Positions 15,012 through 24,197 of a stretch of 64,000 nucleotides of DNA are shown piece by piece. Source of the stretch: Parcubacteria group bacterium. Its GTDB lineage: Bacteria; Patescibacteriota; Minisyncoccia; Phycocordibacterales; Phycocordibacteraceae. Positions within the stretch are counted from its first letter, which is position 1. Each line of letters begins with the position of its first letter. Both the position numbers and the translations under genes were made by a program. The stretch covers positions 2,157-66,156 of the forward strand of contig JAQBQV010000002.1 of NCBI GenBank assembly GCA_028286825.1. Direction: 5' to 3'. The notes beneath the pieces were generated by a model. That model was not told the DNA's origin. It made no database searches and was given only the letters and a program-made list of their open reading frames with translations.

Positions 15012-15365
15012 ATGGAACATAGGAAAGGAGGGTGTCACTGCGGCAAAGTGCGTTATGAGGTGGAAGTTGACCTCACTAAACCAGTCGTCGAGTGTAACTG
15101 CTCAATCTGTGGTGGCAAAGGACTGCTTTTGTCGTTTGTCCCGACAGAACAAATGACGGTTCTCTCAGGCGAGGACTCACTCACGGAGTACCGGTTTAAT
15201 ACTGAAAAAATTGTCCACCTTTTCTGCAAAGTGTGCGGTACTGAGACATTTGCCAGAGGTGAAGGTCCAGATGGAAAAGCAACCTATGCCATTAACGTTC
15301 GCACTCTCGATGAGGTGGATCTTGCTACGCTCAGTCGTATGCCCTACGACGGCAAGGCACTATAG
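15012..15365 (+). CDS. GFA (glutathione-dependent formaldehyde-activating / CENP-V) family protein
   Basis: GGCHCGKVRYEV ... CNCSICGGKG gives the zinc-binding Cys pattern. TATAAT 14998-15003 is upstream. Confidence 0.85.
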   Translation: MEHRKGGCHCGKVRYEVEVDLTKPVVECNCSICGGKGLLLSFVPTEQMTVLSGEDSLTEYRFNTEKIVHLFCKVCGTETFARGEGPDGKATYAINVRTLDEVDLATLSRMPYDGKAL

Positions 15366-15390
15366 GTTTCCCACGTCGTACTAGTGGCCC
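15365..15390 (+). repeat. intergenic motif, short form
   Basis: GGTTTCCCACGTCGTACTAGTGGCCC overlaps the last base of the stop codon of 15012..15365. Confidence 0.75.
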
Positions 15391-15393
15391 ATT

Positions 15394-15402
15394 TGTTATA
15401 GT
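15394..15402 (+). promoter_or_regulatory. extended -10 promoter element, leaderless-type
   Basis: TGtTATAGT, with ATG 15409 lying 6 nt downstream. Confidence 0.5.
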
Positions 15403-15408
15403 TACGCT

Positions 15409-15654
15409 ATGAAAAGTGTTGCTTCAGAAACACCTCACAAAATACCGACGGATTTACGAAAGGCCTTGTCTACGGCTCCTAAGGCGCAAGCAACGTGGGA
15501 AGATATCACGCCGCTGGCCCGCAATGAGTGGATTTGCTGGGTTACATCTGGCAAAAAAGCGGAAACGAGGAATATTCGTATAGAAAAGGCACTCTCGAAA
15601 CTGAAGGGCGGAATGCGTAGGCCCTGCTGTTGGGTTGGCTGCCCTCACCGCTAA
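15409..15654 (+). CDS. YdeI/OmpD-associated family protein
   Basis: Contains WEDITPLARNEWICWVTSGKKAETRNIRIEKAL. The extended -10 TGtTATAGT 15394-15402 ends 6 nt upstream of the ATG. Confidence 0.75.
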   Translation: MKSVASETPHKIPTDLRKALSTAPKAQATWEDITPLARNEWICWVTSGKKAETRNIRIEKALSKLKGGMRRPCCWVGCPHR

Positions 15655-15665
15655 AAGTTACACCG

Positions 15666-16157
15666 TTATTCATCTGTCGATGCGAACCATAGTGAGAGAA
15701 TGGCCCCGAGACCGATAGAAAGAATACCGATACCGTAGAGCGTTAAACTAACGGCAGGTGTCCAGCTGAGTATATGGAGATTGCTTAGCAAGAAATTCCA
15801 GTCGTGAATGACAGAGTCACCACCGAGTAGCGGTAGCTGCATCGTGATGGCGTCGCCAGCATAGACGGAAACGTTGATGAGATTTTGGCCTACCCACATG
15901 AGACAGAGAGCTGCTGAGAATCGTTGTTCGGTAATCCAGAAATAGAGAGCTATAGAGAGCGGTAATACTATCTGGAAACCCGATCCCATCAAAACACTAG
16001 TGAACTGTCCAAAGAAAATGAAGATAGTGTGGCCAGCTTCGTGGAAAAGCAGATTAGCGTAGTCGATGTAGTGCCAATCCATTTGCGTCGTTGCACAGTA
16101 AAAAAAATATCCGCTCATAATAAGGGCTATGATGTAGCGGCTTCGTATGGAGAACAT
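15666..16157 (-). CDS. integral membrane protein with HExxH motif (putative metalloprotease-like)
   Basis: Multi-pass hydrophobic protein with LFHEAGH near the N-terminus. Confidence 0.6.
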   Translation of the reverse strand: MFSIRSRYIIALIMSGYFFYCATTQMDWHYIDYANLLFHEAGHTIFIFFGQFTSVLMGSGFQIVLPLSIALYFWITEQRFSAALCLMWVGQNLINVSVYAGDAITMQLPLLGGDSVIHDWNFLLSNLHILSWTPAVSLTLYGIGILSIGLGAILSLWFASTDE

Positions 16158-16253
16158 AGAGAGATGGTAGCACTAAGGCAGTGAATCCTATCTGCACTTC
16201 TTGCGTAAGAAGTGCACTCCACGTTCGTCAATTCTTGTATTACACTGTCTACT

Positions 16254-16532
16254 ATGAAAACACCTTTAATCGTTCTCGCCGTGCTGGTTGTACTTGGTGC
16301 AGGGTACCTCATCTTTACGAATAACGGTTCCTCTACGGATACGCCGAATTCTGGGGCCCAGCAAGGCAAGCTCAACATTGACGCAGTCTGCGATGGAGCT
16401 CTTGCGTATATGACCTTTCCGGACGGCGCAAGTGCACAAGCTTTTGTTGCTGAGTGTAAGGAGGGGAAACACCCAGAAGTGATTGAGAAATACAAAGCTG
16501 ATAATAACCTCGGTGACGGCAAGCAAATTTAA
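16254..16532 (+). CDS. small secreted/anchored protein
   Basis: Begins MKTPLIVLAVLVVLGAGYLIF. TACACT lies 7 nt upstream of ATG 16254. Confidence 0.5.
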   Translation: MKTPLIVLAVLVVLGAGYLIFTNNGSSTDTPNSGAQQGKLNIDAVCDGALAYMTFPDGASAQAFVAECKEGKHPEVIEKYKADNNLGDGKQI

Positions 16533-17194
16533 TGGAACCTTTTATGAGTAAGTCACACATATCTCTCATCACGATTGGAGTATTGCTCTTCGTTACTGCC
16601 GGCGGATACTTCGCTTTCAATTCCGCTACCAATCACGAAAAGCAGGGCAGTGCTGATTTCGAACCGTATCGCGCTACATTATCTGGTACTCACGTTTGCT
16701 TGCCCCACAAGGATGCAAGTGCTTCTCAGACGCTCGAATGCGCAACTGGTATTCAAACCGACTCAGGGGAGTACTATGCGCTCGATTTTAACTTGATGTC
16801 GCAGAGCGCCCACTCACTTGCAATTGGTCAGCACTTCTCAGCCTCAGGTGTAGTGACTCCGATCGAGCGGCTGAACTCAGATCACTGGCAACTATATACT
16901 ATGCGGGGCATTTTCTCAGTAACAGACGAGCTTCAAGTAGAGTCGACTACTACGGTAATAACTCCTCCAGTCGCAAAGCCGGTTGAAAAACTGGGGAAGT
17001 GTTATGTTGGTGGGTGCTCGAGCCAGCTCTGCACCGATCAACCAGCGATGGTTTCGACGTGTGAATATACGGATGCCTATGCGTGTTATAAAACAGCTGT
17101 TTGTGAACGCCAAAAGAATGGCGCGTGCGGCTGGACAGACTCTGTCGAGCTACGATCTTGCCTGCAGAACTCTACGTCGAACCCTGCTGTCTAG
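16532..17194 (+). CDS. secreted Cys-rich hypothetical protein
   Basis: TAATG overlap with the upstream gene, an N-terminal TM segment and a Cys-rich C-terminus. Confidence 0.55.
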   Translation: MEPFMSKSHISLITIGVLLFVTAGGYFAFNSATNHEKQGSADFEPYRATLSGTHVCLPHKDASASQTLECATGIQTDSGEYYALDFNLMSQSAHSLAIGQHFSASGVVTPIERLNSDHWQLYTMRGIFSVTDELQVESTTTVITPPVAKPVEKLGKCYVGGCSSQLCTDQPAMVSTCEYTDAYACYKTAVCERQKNGACGWTDSVELRSCLQNSTSNPAV

Positions 17195-17248
17195 TCACAA
17201 GGTTTTTCACACCAAGTCTAATTTTGAGATCCTGATATACTGAATCAT

Positions 17249-17575
17249 ATGATATTTTCACTTATTGCCGGTTTTGTGCTCGGAGTGGGCGCGCTTGTCT
17301 TTGCGAGTCAAAATACTCAGTTTGTAGCCCTTACGTTTCTCGGCTGGCAATTTCAAAGTTCGCTCGCGCTTCTCGTTATAGTTTCGGTAGGTTTCGGTAT
17401 AGTCCTCAGTATCCTTGCGACACTTCCTACTGCTGTTTCCAACCATTTCCGCATGCGGGGTCTCCGAAAGCAGAATCAGAATCTGGTAGCAGAAGTAGAA
17501 GCACAACGACAAGCGCAAGCAGCTGCCGCGCCTGCTGAGGAGATCACGGAAAGAGAGGTTGACTTGCACCAGTAG
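17249..17575 (+). CDS. LapA-domain (DUF1049) membrane protein
   Basis: MIFSLIAGFVLGVGALVFASQNTQFVALTFLGWQF matches the domain. TATACT 17236-17241 lies 7 nt upstream of the ATG. Confidence 0.65.
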   Translation: MIFSLIAGFVLGVGALVFASQNTQFVALTFLGWQFQSSLALLVIVSVGFGIVLSILATLPTAVSNHFRMRGLRKQNQNLVAEVEAQRQAQAAAAPAEEITEREVDLHQ

Positions 17576-17654
17576 AAATTTTCAACGTCAGCGATATTAG
17601 TAGGGCATGGCGTAAGACGTGAGGTGTGTAATCGTCAGGGGCTAGACATACAGT

Positions 17655-18122
17655 ATGAACAACACACCACTCATTGTTGCCCTCGTCGCACTTGTTTTGG
17701 GAACGAGCTATGTAGTACTGCGCCCTGTCGCTCCGATAGAGACTCAGCCAACCATAGTAATTCCTGTCGCTACAAGCACGCCGTCCAAGCCTCTGCCACC
17801 GAAACCGGCACCAGAAAAAGGAGTCGTGAACGGCCAAGTACTACTAGGTCCTACGTGTCCGAATGAGAGAAACCCACCAGAGGCAAAGTGCGCGCCGCGA
17901 CCATACCAGACGACAATCGTTGTGCAATCGGTAGAATCTTCGAGAATCACAAGCGTAACAAGCGACGTTGCGGGTTATTTCAGTGTGTCGCTCGCGCCCG
18001 GGATGTATACGCTCGCGCCATCGGGTGGTTCAGTGTTCCCGAGGTGTTCAGAGACTAAGGTAGTGGTGGTGGGCGGGAAGACAGAGACAATGAATCTTCA
18101 TTGTGATTCTGGCATTCGCTAG
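17655..18122 (+). CDS. secreted protein with carboxypeptidase-regulatory-like beta-sandwich
   Basis: Signal/anchor sequence present, plus a SDVAGYFSVSLAPGMYTL segment. Confidence 0.55.
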   Translation: MNNTPLIVALVALVLGTSYVVLRPVAPIETQPTIVIPVATSTPSKPLPPKPAPEKGVVNGQVLLGPTCPNERNPPEAKCAPRPYQTTIVVQSVESSRITSVTSDVAGYFSVSLAPGMYTLAPSGGSVFPRCSETKVVVVGGKTETMNLHCDSGIR

Positions 18123-18161
18123 AACCACATTCGGTAATATCGATCGTGCTAGCATACCTTT

Positions 18162-19202
18162 ATGAATACTGATCAAACTACAGCTAGGCAGGGAAACATC
18201 TCGTGGATTACTATTGTCCTTGGGGTTATCACTATCGTTACCTTTTTTGCTGTCCCAGGATCGGCAGGACGTTACATTGTGCCCATGATGACCGGAGGAG
18301 GCATGTCTTTTGGGAGTAACGCTGGAGTTACGGGTAGTGCACCTAAAACGGGAATGGCGGTCACTGAAGTCCAAGATATGCGTTCGGGCGCGCCTTCGCC
18401 AACCTACTATCCAAACTATAATAACGAGGTGCCATCTACTGATACTCGAGAATTTCTCAAGACAAATTACAGTGCAATGATGCGTACTCGAGACGTCGTG
18501 GGGCTTACTCGTCGCGTTGAGACAACGGTGCGAGGACATGCGGGTCGTGTCGACCAAGAGTCGAGCGCCAAGGAGTATGGCTACGTCAGCTTCTCAATCC
18601 CGCAGAGTAAGTATGACGATTTCCGCACCGAGGTTGAGAGCATGGTAGGGAGCCGCTTCCTCACAGTAAATATCTCTTCGCAAAACCTGTTGCCGCAAAA
18701 GGTGAGTATCGAGGAACAGAAGGCGGACGCCGATAAGAGACTAGCGAATTTTAAGTCAACTCGAAAGAGTGCTGTGGGTGAACATACGTTTGCGGTGCAG
18801 TTGCTACAAACAAAAATTAACGCTGATCAGAAACAACTTGATTCTCTGCGCACACAACCGTCAACTCCTGAGATTGCTGTGCAGACGAGTGCTCTCTTAA
18901 ACGATCAATTTTCACTCAAGCAACAACTTGCGAACGAAAACAAGTCATATGCTGCTGAGTTAAGCCAAATGGATGTTGACATTGCTTTGATAGAAAATTG
19001 GCAGAAGACCATCCAGACCCAGGACCAGACACTTCTCGACAATGTGGCGACGGTGACAGGCACTATTTCGGTGCAATGGATCAGCCTTTGGGACATGCTT
19101 CTCCTCTACCTCCCGGGGTATTCAGTACCCGCCATCTTCGCGGTACTTACAGTCCTCTCCTTTTTACGCGATCGCCGTCGTACGACTACTAACGCTCTCT
19201 AG
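18162..19202 (+). CDS. DUF4349-like membrane-anchored protein
   Basis: N-terminal TM, a central coiled-coil region and a C-terminal TM. The family assignment is tentative. Confidence 0.6.
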   Translation: MNTDQTTARQGNISWITIVLGVITIVTFFAVPGSAGRYIVPMMTGGGMSFGSNAGVTGSAPKTGMAVTEVQDMRSGAPSPTYYPNYNNEVPSTDTREFLKTNYSAMMRTRDVVGLTRRVETTVRGHAGRVDQESSAKEYGYVSFSIPQSKYDDFRTEVESMVGSRFLTVNISSQNLLPQKVSIEEQKADADKRLANFKSTRKSAVGEHTFAVQLLQTKINADQKQLDSLRTQPSTPEIAVQTSALLNDQFSLKQQLANENKSYAAELSQMDVDIALIENWQKTIQTQDQTLLDNVATVTGTISVQWISLWDMLLLYLPGYSVPAIFAVLTVLSFLRDRRRTTTNAL

Positions 19203-19207
19203 ACAGT

Positions 19208-19244
19208 AAAGAAGAACGGCGCCAAAAGGCGCCGTTCTTCTTTT
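19208..19244. terminator. bidirectional rho-independent terminator
   Basis: GAAGAACGGCGCC aaaa GGCGCCGTTCTTC followed by TTTT. It lies between convergent genes. Confidence 0.85.
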
Positions 19245-19268
19245 ACGTACTCTCCCAATACTATGCGA

Positions 19269-19526
19269 CTATGCGTGGCTGTGTCTCTGCTGAGTCACTC
19301 GGTCGTAATCTTCTTTCGATACTTCTGTGGCGCTCCATAAACTAAGTACGAGGACAGCTATACCCATAATAGCAAGTGTCCACGAGACTCCTGATCCCAC
19401 TGTGCCGTCGGCCCCAACTACGTTTGTCCCCACAAATGCTGATATGGTAATCACGGCTCCCAGAAGCGCATTTATCCATTGTTTCCACATAGAGATGATC
19501 GAATTAGTGCTCATAATATTGACCAC
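19269..19526 (-). CDS. small membrane protein
   Basis: 85 aa with two hydrophobic segments. The terminator at 19208-19244 is downstream. Confidence 0.5.
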   Translation of the reverse strand: MVNIMSTNSIISMWKQWINALLGAVITISAFVGTNVVGADGTVGSGVSWTLAIMGIAVLVLSLWSATEVSKEDYDRVTQQRHSHA

Positions 19527-19655
19527 GGTCCACTCGATCTGGTACCGCTAGTAACAGTGTGCACTTGTACTAGTGTAGTGCTCGTGAACCCAGCAGTAAG
19601 GTTATAGAAATGTAACTTCATCAGAGACAACACCTTGTTTGGTATAGTTCTCAAT

Positions 19656-20222
19656 ATGAAAACAGCCATTATTCTCCACGGGATGCCGAGCGAGGAAGAG
19701 TACCGAACGCTCGATGGAGCTGAACCAGCTAAACAGCATTGGCTGCAGTGGCTAACCGAAGAGTTTGAAAACGCAGGTATCGAGACGCATGTCCCGACCT
19801 TTCCTGAGCCATACAAGCCTGACTATGCAAGGTGGAAAGACGTGTTTGAAAAAGTGCCCATCGCCGAAGATACCATTCTCGTGGGTCATTCTGCAGGCGC
19901 TGGTTTTATTGCGAGGTGGCTGAGCGAAAACAAAATACACGTAGGGAAGGTAGCGCTTGTCGCACCTTGGCTTGATCCCATGCCGCGAACGCTTAAAAAC
20001 GGTATGTTCGAATTCGAGCTCGACCCTGGAGTGCAGGATCGAGCTGAGTCAATCAGTATTTTCGTCTCAGCAGACGACGACAAAGACATTCACGATAGTG
20101 TTAGCTATTTGAAAACAGAGTGGCCGAAGGCCGCTATTGTTGAGTTTATGTCCAAAGGACATTTTACGCTAACAGATATGGGTACGCGCGAATTCCCCGA
20201 ACTGAGAAATGTATTTCTCTAG
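19656..20222 (+). CDS. alpha/beta hydrolase (YdeN/RBBP9-like serine hydrolase)
   Basis: Contains ILHGMPS and the nucleophile elbow VGHSAG. TATAGT 19643-19648 lies 7 nt upstream of ATG 19656. Confidence 0.75.
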   Translation: MKTAIILHGMPSEEEYRTLDGAEPAKQHWLQWLTEEFENAGIETHVPTFPEPYKPDYARWKDVFEKVPIAEDTILVGHSAGAGFIARWLSENKIHVGKVALVAPWLDPMPRTLKNGMFEFELDPGVQDRAESISIFVSADDDKDIHDSVSYLKTEWPKAAIVEFMSKGHFTLTDMGTREFPELRNVFL

Positions 20223-20319
20223 ATAATAAGCCATAAAGACATGGCACAATACACATTCTAAAGTACTTTGTACACAGGTTTCGTTTGTGTTTTCCCAGGT
20301 TATAGCCATAATTTAGCTC

Positions 20320-23300
20320 ATGGTTAAACATCCGAAGCATTATCCGCTTCTGCTAACGTTTTTGTTCGTCCCGCTCGCTTTTCTTTTTCTGCTTGTTCTG
20401 CTCAGGCTTCCTCAGCCTTCAGCAACATACGCAGCCGCGACAAAGTTTATTCCGACCTTTCTGGTTTATTACGGAGGAGGGCCAGCGCTTTCTGCCTCTG
20501 ATGCTTCGAAGCTCGCTAAATTTGATCTTATCGATATAGATCGCTATCGGTATAACCAGATCAATGGTAACACCTGGACGGCGATCAAATCACTCAATCC
20601 CGCAAGCCAGATCTACCTCTATGAGATTGGCCCTGAGACGACTAACTACGAGGACAGCTATGCGCCTGTTTCGCTCAATAATATCTCGCGTTTCGACGCT
20701 TCACGGAGTCATCCTATGGGAAGTCTTAATGGGTCACACCCAGAGCTCTTTCTTACCGATGGGGCAGGACGCCGCGTCTATAGCTCTGGCTTTTCAAACC
20801 CAGCTGCCAATCAGTATTCTTACCTCATGGATTTTGGTTCTTCAGCATATCAATCCTATTGGCTCACGGCCACAAAAAATGATGTTATCGACCAGCCATG
20901 GGCAGCTGACGGTATCTTTGCTGACAACTGTGTGACCTTCGCATCTGCCGGCGGTTATAACGCTGCGTCGTCAAAATACTCGACTGATGCTGTTTGGTCG
21001 ACGGCAATGAATGCGTTTTCAAGCGGAATCGCAGCTGGGTTACATGGGTACGGGCAAAAGTTGTGGTGTAACAAGGGCGACACGAAGTCCGCGGCTGGAA
21101 GTGCAGCGTGGCTCGCGCTTGATGCAAGCACGAATCATCCGGATGTACTCCTCGAAGAGGGAGCCTTTGCCGTCATGTGGGGTTCGGCAGTGCAGTTCTT
21201 TCCTGAAGCACTTTGGAAACAGCAGGTTGATACGATTGCTGCAACGAAGAATTCAAAAGTAGCATTGATGAGCCATACGCAGCTTTCGGAAGGGGGAAGC
21301 GGGATCGATAACTGGGGCAAGCCCGTAACCTATTGGCAAGCCCTGTGGTATTCGATGGGGTCTTTCTTGCTCGCCAAAAATGATGTACTTAACAATGCGT
21401 ACTTTATGTTCAATGGTGGAAGTGGATACGACAAAATATGGTACTACGATGAGTATGATGCCATTGATCTCGGGAAGGCACTTGGGTCATATGCGACATC
21501 AAGTGTCAGTGGCGTAACGATTTATTCGCGTGAATTTGAAAAGGGTTATGTCGTGGTGAATCCTACTGTTACTGACGTCGCGTCGTGGACAGTGCCACAG
21601 ACAAGCAAGCAGCTCACGCATGCTAATTTTCTTTCGCCGCTTAGCACAATCCCAAGTGTAACGAGCATCGCGCTACCTGGGCATACCAGCACACTTTTGA
21701 TGAAAACGACGCTAACACCACCAAGCGATACGGTGGCGCCCAGCGTACCCAGCGGACTCGTCGCCACGTCGGTACTGCCAACGCAAGTCACTCTTTCGTG
21801 GAATTCCTCAACTGATAATGTCGGTGTGATTGGGTACTATGTCTACCTTAATGACGCACCACTTGCGACGACTTCAACCACAACCATTAAACATATCGGC
21901 CTTACCCCTAATACAACCTATACCTATCGGGTGAGCGCGTATGACGCGGTCCCACTTCACTCTGACTGGACGCCTATTCCGCTCTCAATAACGACGCCCG
22001 CGATTATCGCTCCGCCTGACAGAATTCCTCCTTCTGCGCCAACCGGTCTTACGGCAACTGTAGTTTCTCCGACGCAGATCAATCTCTCGTGGAACGCGTC
22101 AACAGACAATGTCGGTGTCACATCATATCGAATCAATCGTGGTACGTCCGAACTCGCGACGGTGAGTCCATCTACGATGGTGTATCAAGACCTTGGGCTC
22201 ACACCAGTAACGACCTATGTGTATACCGTTCAAGCTCTCGATGCTGCGAACAATGTTTCATCACCCTCATCTTCGCTTACCGCCGTAACATTAGCCTTGC
22301 CTGACACCACGCCTCCTTCTGTACCAACTGGCCTTACAGGCGTAGCCGCTTCTTCAACGCAAATCACTCTTTCTTGGAACGCATCAACGGACAATGTCGG
22401 CGTGACCGGTTACTACGTATACCTCAATGACGTACCGCTCGCGACTACGACTATGAGGTCGTATTCCCATAAAGGCCTTACTCCTAACAAGACGTATGTG
22501 TACCGTGTGAGCGCGTATGACGCGGTCCCACTTCACTCTGACTGGACGCCTATTCCGCTCTCAATAACGACGCCCGCGATTATCGCTCCGCCTGACACAA
22601 CGCCTCCATCTGTGCCAACTGGTCTAATAGGCGTAGCAGCGTCTTCGACACAGGTCAATCTTTCTTGGAACGCGTCAACGGACAATGTCGGCGTGACCGG
22701 CTACAACGTTTATCTTAACGACGTTAAGCTTGTAACGACTGGGGGCACGTCATTTAGCCACAAGGGTCTTACACCGGGTACGTCATACAGTTATCGCATC
22801 AGCGCCTACGATGTTATGGGAAATACCTCAAGTTTGACAGCAACACCACTTACTATCAGTACGCCAAATCCCGTCCCGCTGGCTGCATTCAAGAGCGGAG
22901 ATAAGATACAGACCACTAGTAGTATTAAGGTTCGCGTTTCACCCTCGACATCGGCAAAAAGCGCAGGTACACAGCCTACTGTTGCGCTTGGCACTATTGT
23001 CGGTGGGCCTAGTACGCAAGATGGGTATACGTGGTGGTCAGTTAATTTCGACAGTGGAGCCGACGGGTGGGTGGTGGAGAATTATTTGGTAAAGCAAAAG
23101 TTTAAGCTAGGTGATCGACTACAGACCAATACCAGTGTGAGTGTGAAGACATCACCAGCAGGGAAAACCGCGTACGGTAATCAGGGAACGGGCATTCAGG
23201 GGACAATCATTGGCGGTCCCGTCTCACAAAGCTTGCATATTTGGTGGCAAGTCGATTTTGCTACCGCACCCGATGGTTGGGTCTCAGAGGAAGGGATTAC

Positions 23301-23469
23301 ACTACTTTCGCCGATAGCTATAACGAAACCTACCGTAGTGTCGGGTTCAACCAATCTCGCGGCAGTGGCAACAGCAACAGAAGGTTCAAACCTATTGGTA
23401 CAACTCTGGGCATTGCTGGTTGCACTAGGAAGCGCGTTGTGGTCACTCATCAGTGGTCTTTTCCGTTAA
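20320..23469 (+). CDS. large surface protein: glycoside-hydrolase-like N-terminal domain, 4 FN3 repeats, 2 SH3b-like domains, C-terminal TM anchor
   Basis: Signal peptide present. There are four about 95-aa repeats (P.GL....S.TQ..LSWN.STDNVGV.GY.VY), two D/GW..E.YL segments and a hydrophobic C-terminus. Confidence 0.85.
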   Translation: MVKHPKHYPLLLTFLFVPLAFLFLLVLLRLPQPSATYAAATKFIPTFLVYYGGGPALSASDASKLAKFDLIDIDRYRYNQINGNTWTAIKSLNPASQIYLYEIGPETTNYEDSYAPVSLNNISRFDASRSHPMGSLNGSHPELFLTDGAGRRVYSSGFSNPAANQYSYLMDFGSSAYQSYWLTATKNDVIDQPWAADGIFADNCVTFASAGGYNAASSKYSTDAVWSTAMNAFSSGIAAGLHGYGQKLWCNKGDTKSAAGSAAWLALDASTNHPDVLLEEGAFAVMWGSAVQFFPEALWKQQVDTIAATKNSKVALMSHTQLSEGGSGIDNWGKPVTYWQALWYSMGSFLLAKNDVLNNAYFMFNGGSGYDKIWYYDEYDAIDLGKALGSYATSSVSGVTIYSREFEKGYVVVNPTVTDVASWTVPQTSKQLTHANFLSPLSTIPSVTSIALPGHTSTLLMKTTLTPPSDTVAPSVPSGLVATSVLPTQVTLSWNSSTDNVGVIGYYVYLNDAPLATTSTTTIKHIGLTPNTTYTYRVSAYDAVPLHSDWTPIPLSITTPAIIAPPDRIPPSAPTGLTATVVSPTQINLSWNASTDNVGVTSYRINRGTSELATVSPSTMVYQDLGLTPVTTYVYTVQALDAANNVSSPSSSLTAVTLALPDTTPPSVPTGLTGVAASSTQITLSWNASTDNVGVTGYYVYLNDVPLATTTMRSYSHKGLTPNKTYVYRVSAYDAVPLHSDWTPIPLSITTPAIIAPPDTTPPSVPTGLIGVAASSTQVNLSWNASTDNVGVTGYNVYLNDVKLVTTGGTSFSHKGLTPGTSYSYRISAYDVMGNTSSLTATPLTISTPNPVPLAAFKSGDKIQTTSSIKVRVSPSTSAKSAGTQPTVALGTIVGGPSTQDGYTWWSVNFDSGADGWVVENYLVKQKFKLGDRLQTNTSVSVKTSPAGKTAYGNQGTGIQGTIIGGPVSQSLHIWWQVDFATAPDGWVSEEGITLLSPIAITKPTVVSGSTNLAAVATATEGSNLLVQLWALLVALGSALWSLISGLFR
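21931..22021 (+). repeat. 91-nt perfect intragenic direct repeat, copy 1
   Basis: Identical to 22507-22597. Spans the end of FN3 repeat 1 and its linker. Confidence 0.9.
22507..22597 (+). repeat. 91-nt perfect intragenic direct repeat, copy 2
   Basis: Identical to 21931-22021. Spans the end of FN3 repeat 3 and its linker. Confidence 0.9.
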
Positions 23470-23595
23470 TATCTGCTTTCTGTCCAGTAATGGGTAGAGG
23501 GGCAGGTAACGTTGAGTAATATGACCCTTAGGAATAGTCCCTTTGAAAGGTGCTGGCGTAGATAAAAGCCCTGGGCAAGCATATATACTTCTTGT

Positions 23596-24189
23596 ATGAC
23601 CGACCTCGATACCCTGCTGCGATTCGTGGAGCTTCTTCAACAGTATCGCGCCGTTGAGAGAAGAGTCTTGGTTAAGAATAGTGACCGAAGTGAGAACGAT
23701 GCCGAGCATTCATACTCGCTCGCTATGCTCGCGTGGTATATCAACTCGAGCTATAAACTCGACCTTGATAGGGAGCAGCTCTTTATGGCCGCACTCGCTC
23801 ACGATCTCGTTGAAGTCTATGCCGGAGATACGTATTTGTACTCAACTGACAAAGCCCATGTCGATAGTAAACACGAGCGGGAAGCAATGGCAGCAAAGCG
23901 GCTAGAAGATGAGTTTCCAGAATTCCCTGAGCTCCACCATGCGATCAAACGGTATGAGAAAAGGGAAGACCCTGAGAGCATCTTTATCTATGCGCTCGAT
24001 AAGATTGATCCTGTGTTAGCCATTTATACCGATGGTGGACGTACGTGGAAAAAAGACAATGTCAGTCTCGATATGCTCGTCACAATGAAAGCGCCACGAG
24101 TCGCAGTCGATAAAACTATTTCGGTGATTTTCGAGCAGTTAGTAACACGCCTCAAGGCGGAGCACGGTGATCTTTTTAATCACCATTGA
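23596..24189 (+). CDS. HD-domain protein (YfbR-like 5'-nucleotidase family)
   Basis: Contains ENDAEHSYSLAM ... ALAHDLVEVYAGD. Confidence 0.8.
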   Translation: MTDLDTLLRFVELLQQYRAVERRVLVKNSDRSENDAEHSYSLAMLAWYINSSYKLDLDREQLFMAALAHDLVEVYAGDTYLYSTDKAHVDSKHEREAMAAKRLEDEFPEFPELHHAIKRYEKREDPESIFIYALDKIDPVLAIYTDGGRTWKKDNVSLDMLVTMKAPRVAVDKTISVIFEQLVTRLKAEHGDLFNHH

Positions 24190-24197
24190 ATCTTGCA

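Noticed and set aside
21931-22597. The 91-nt repeat pair as a diversity-generating retroelement TR/VR
   Set aside because: The copies are identical, with no adenine-specific mismatches. Both lie inside the same ORF as ordinary FN3 modules, and no reverse transcriptase gene is present.
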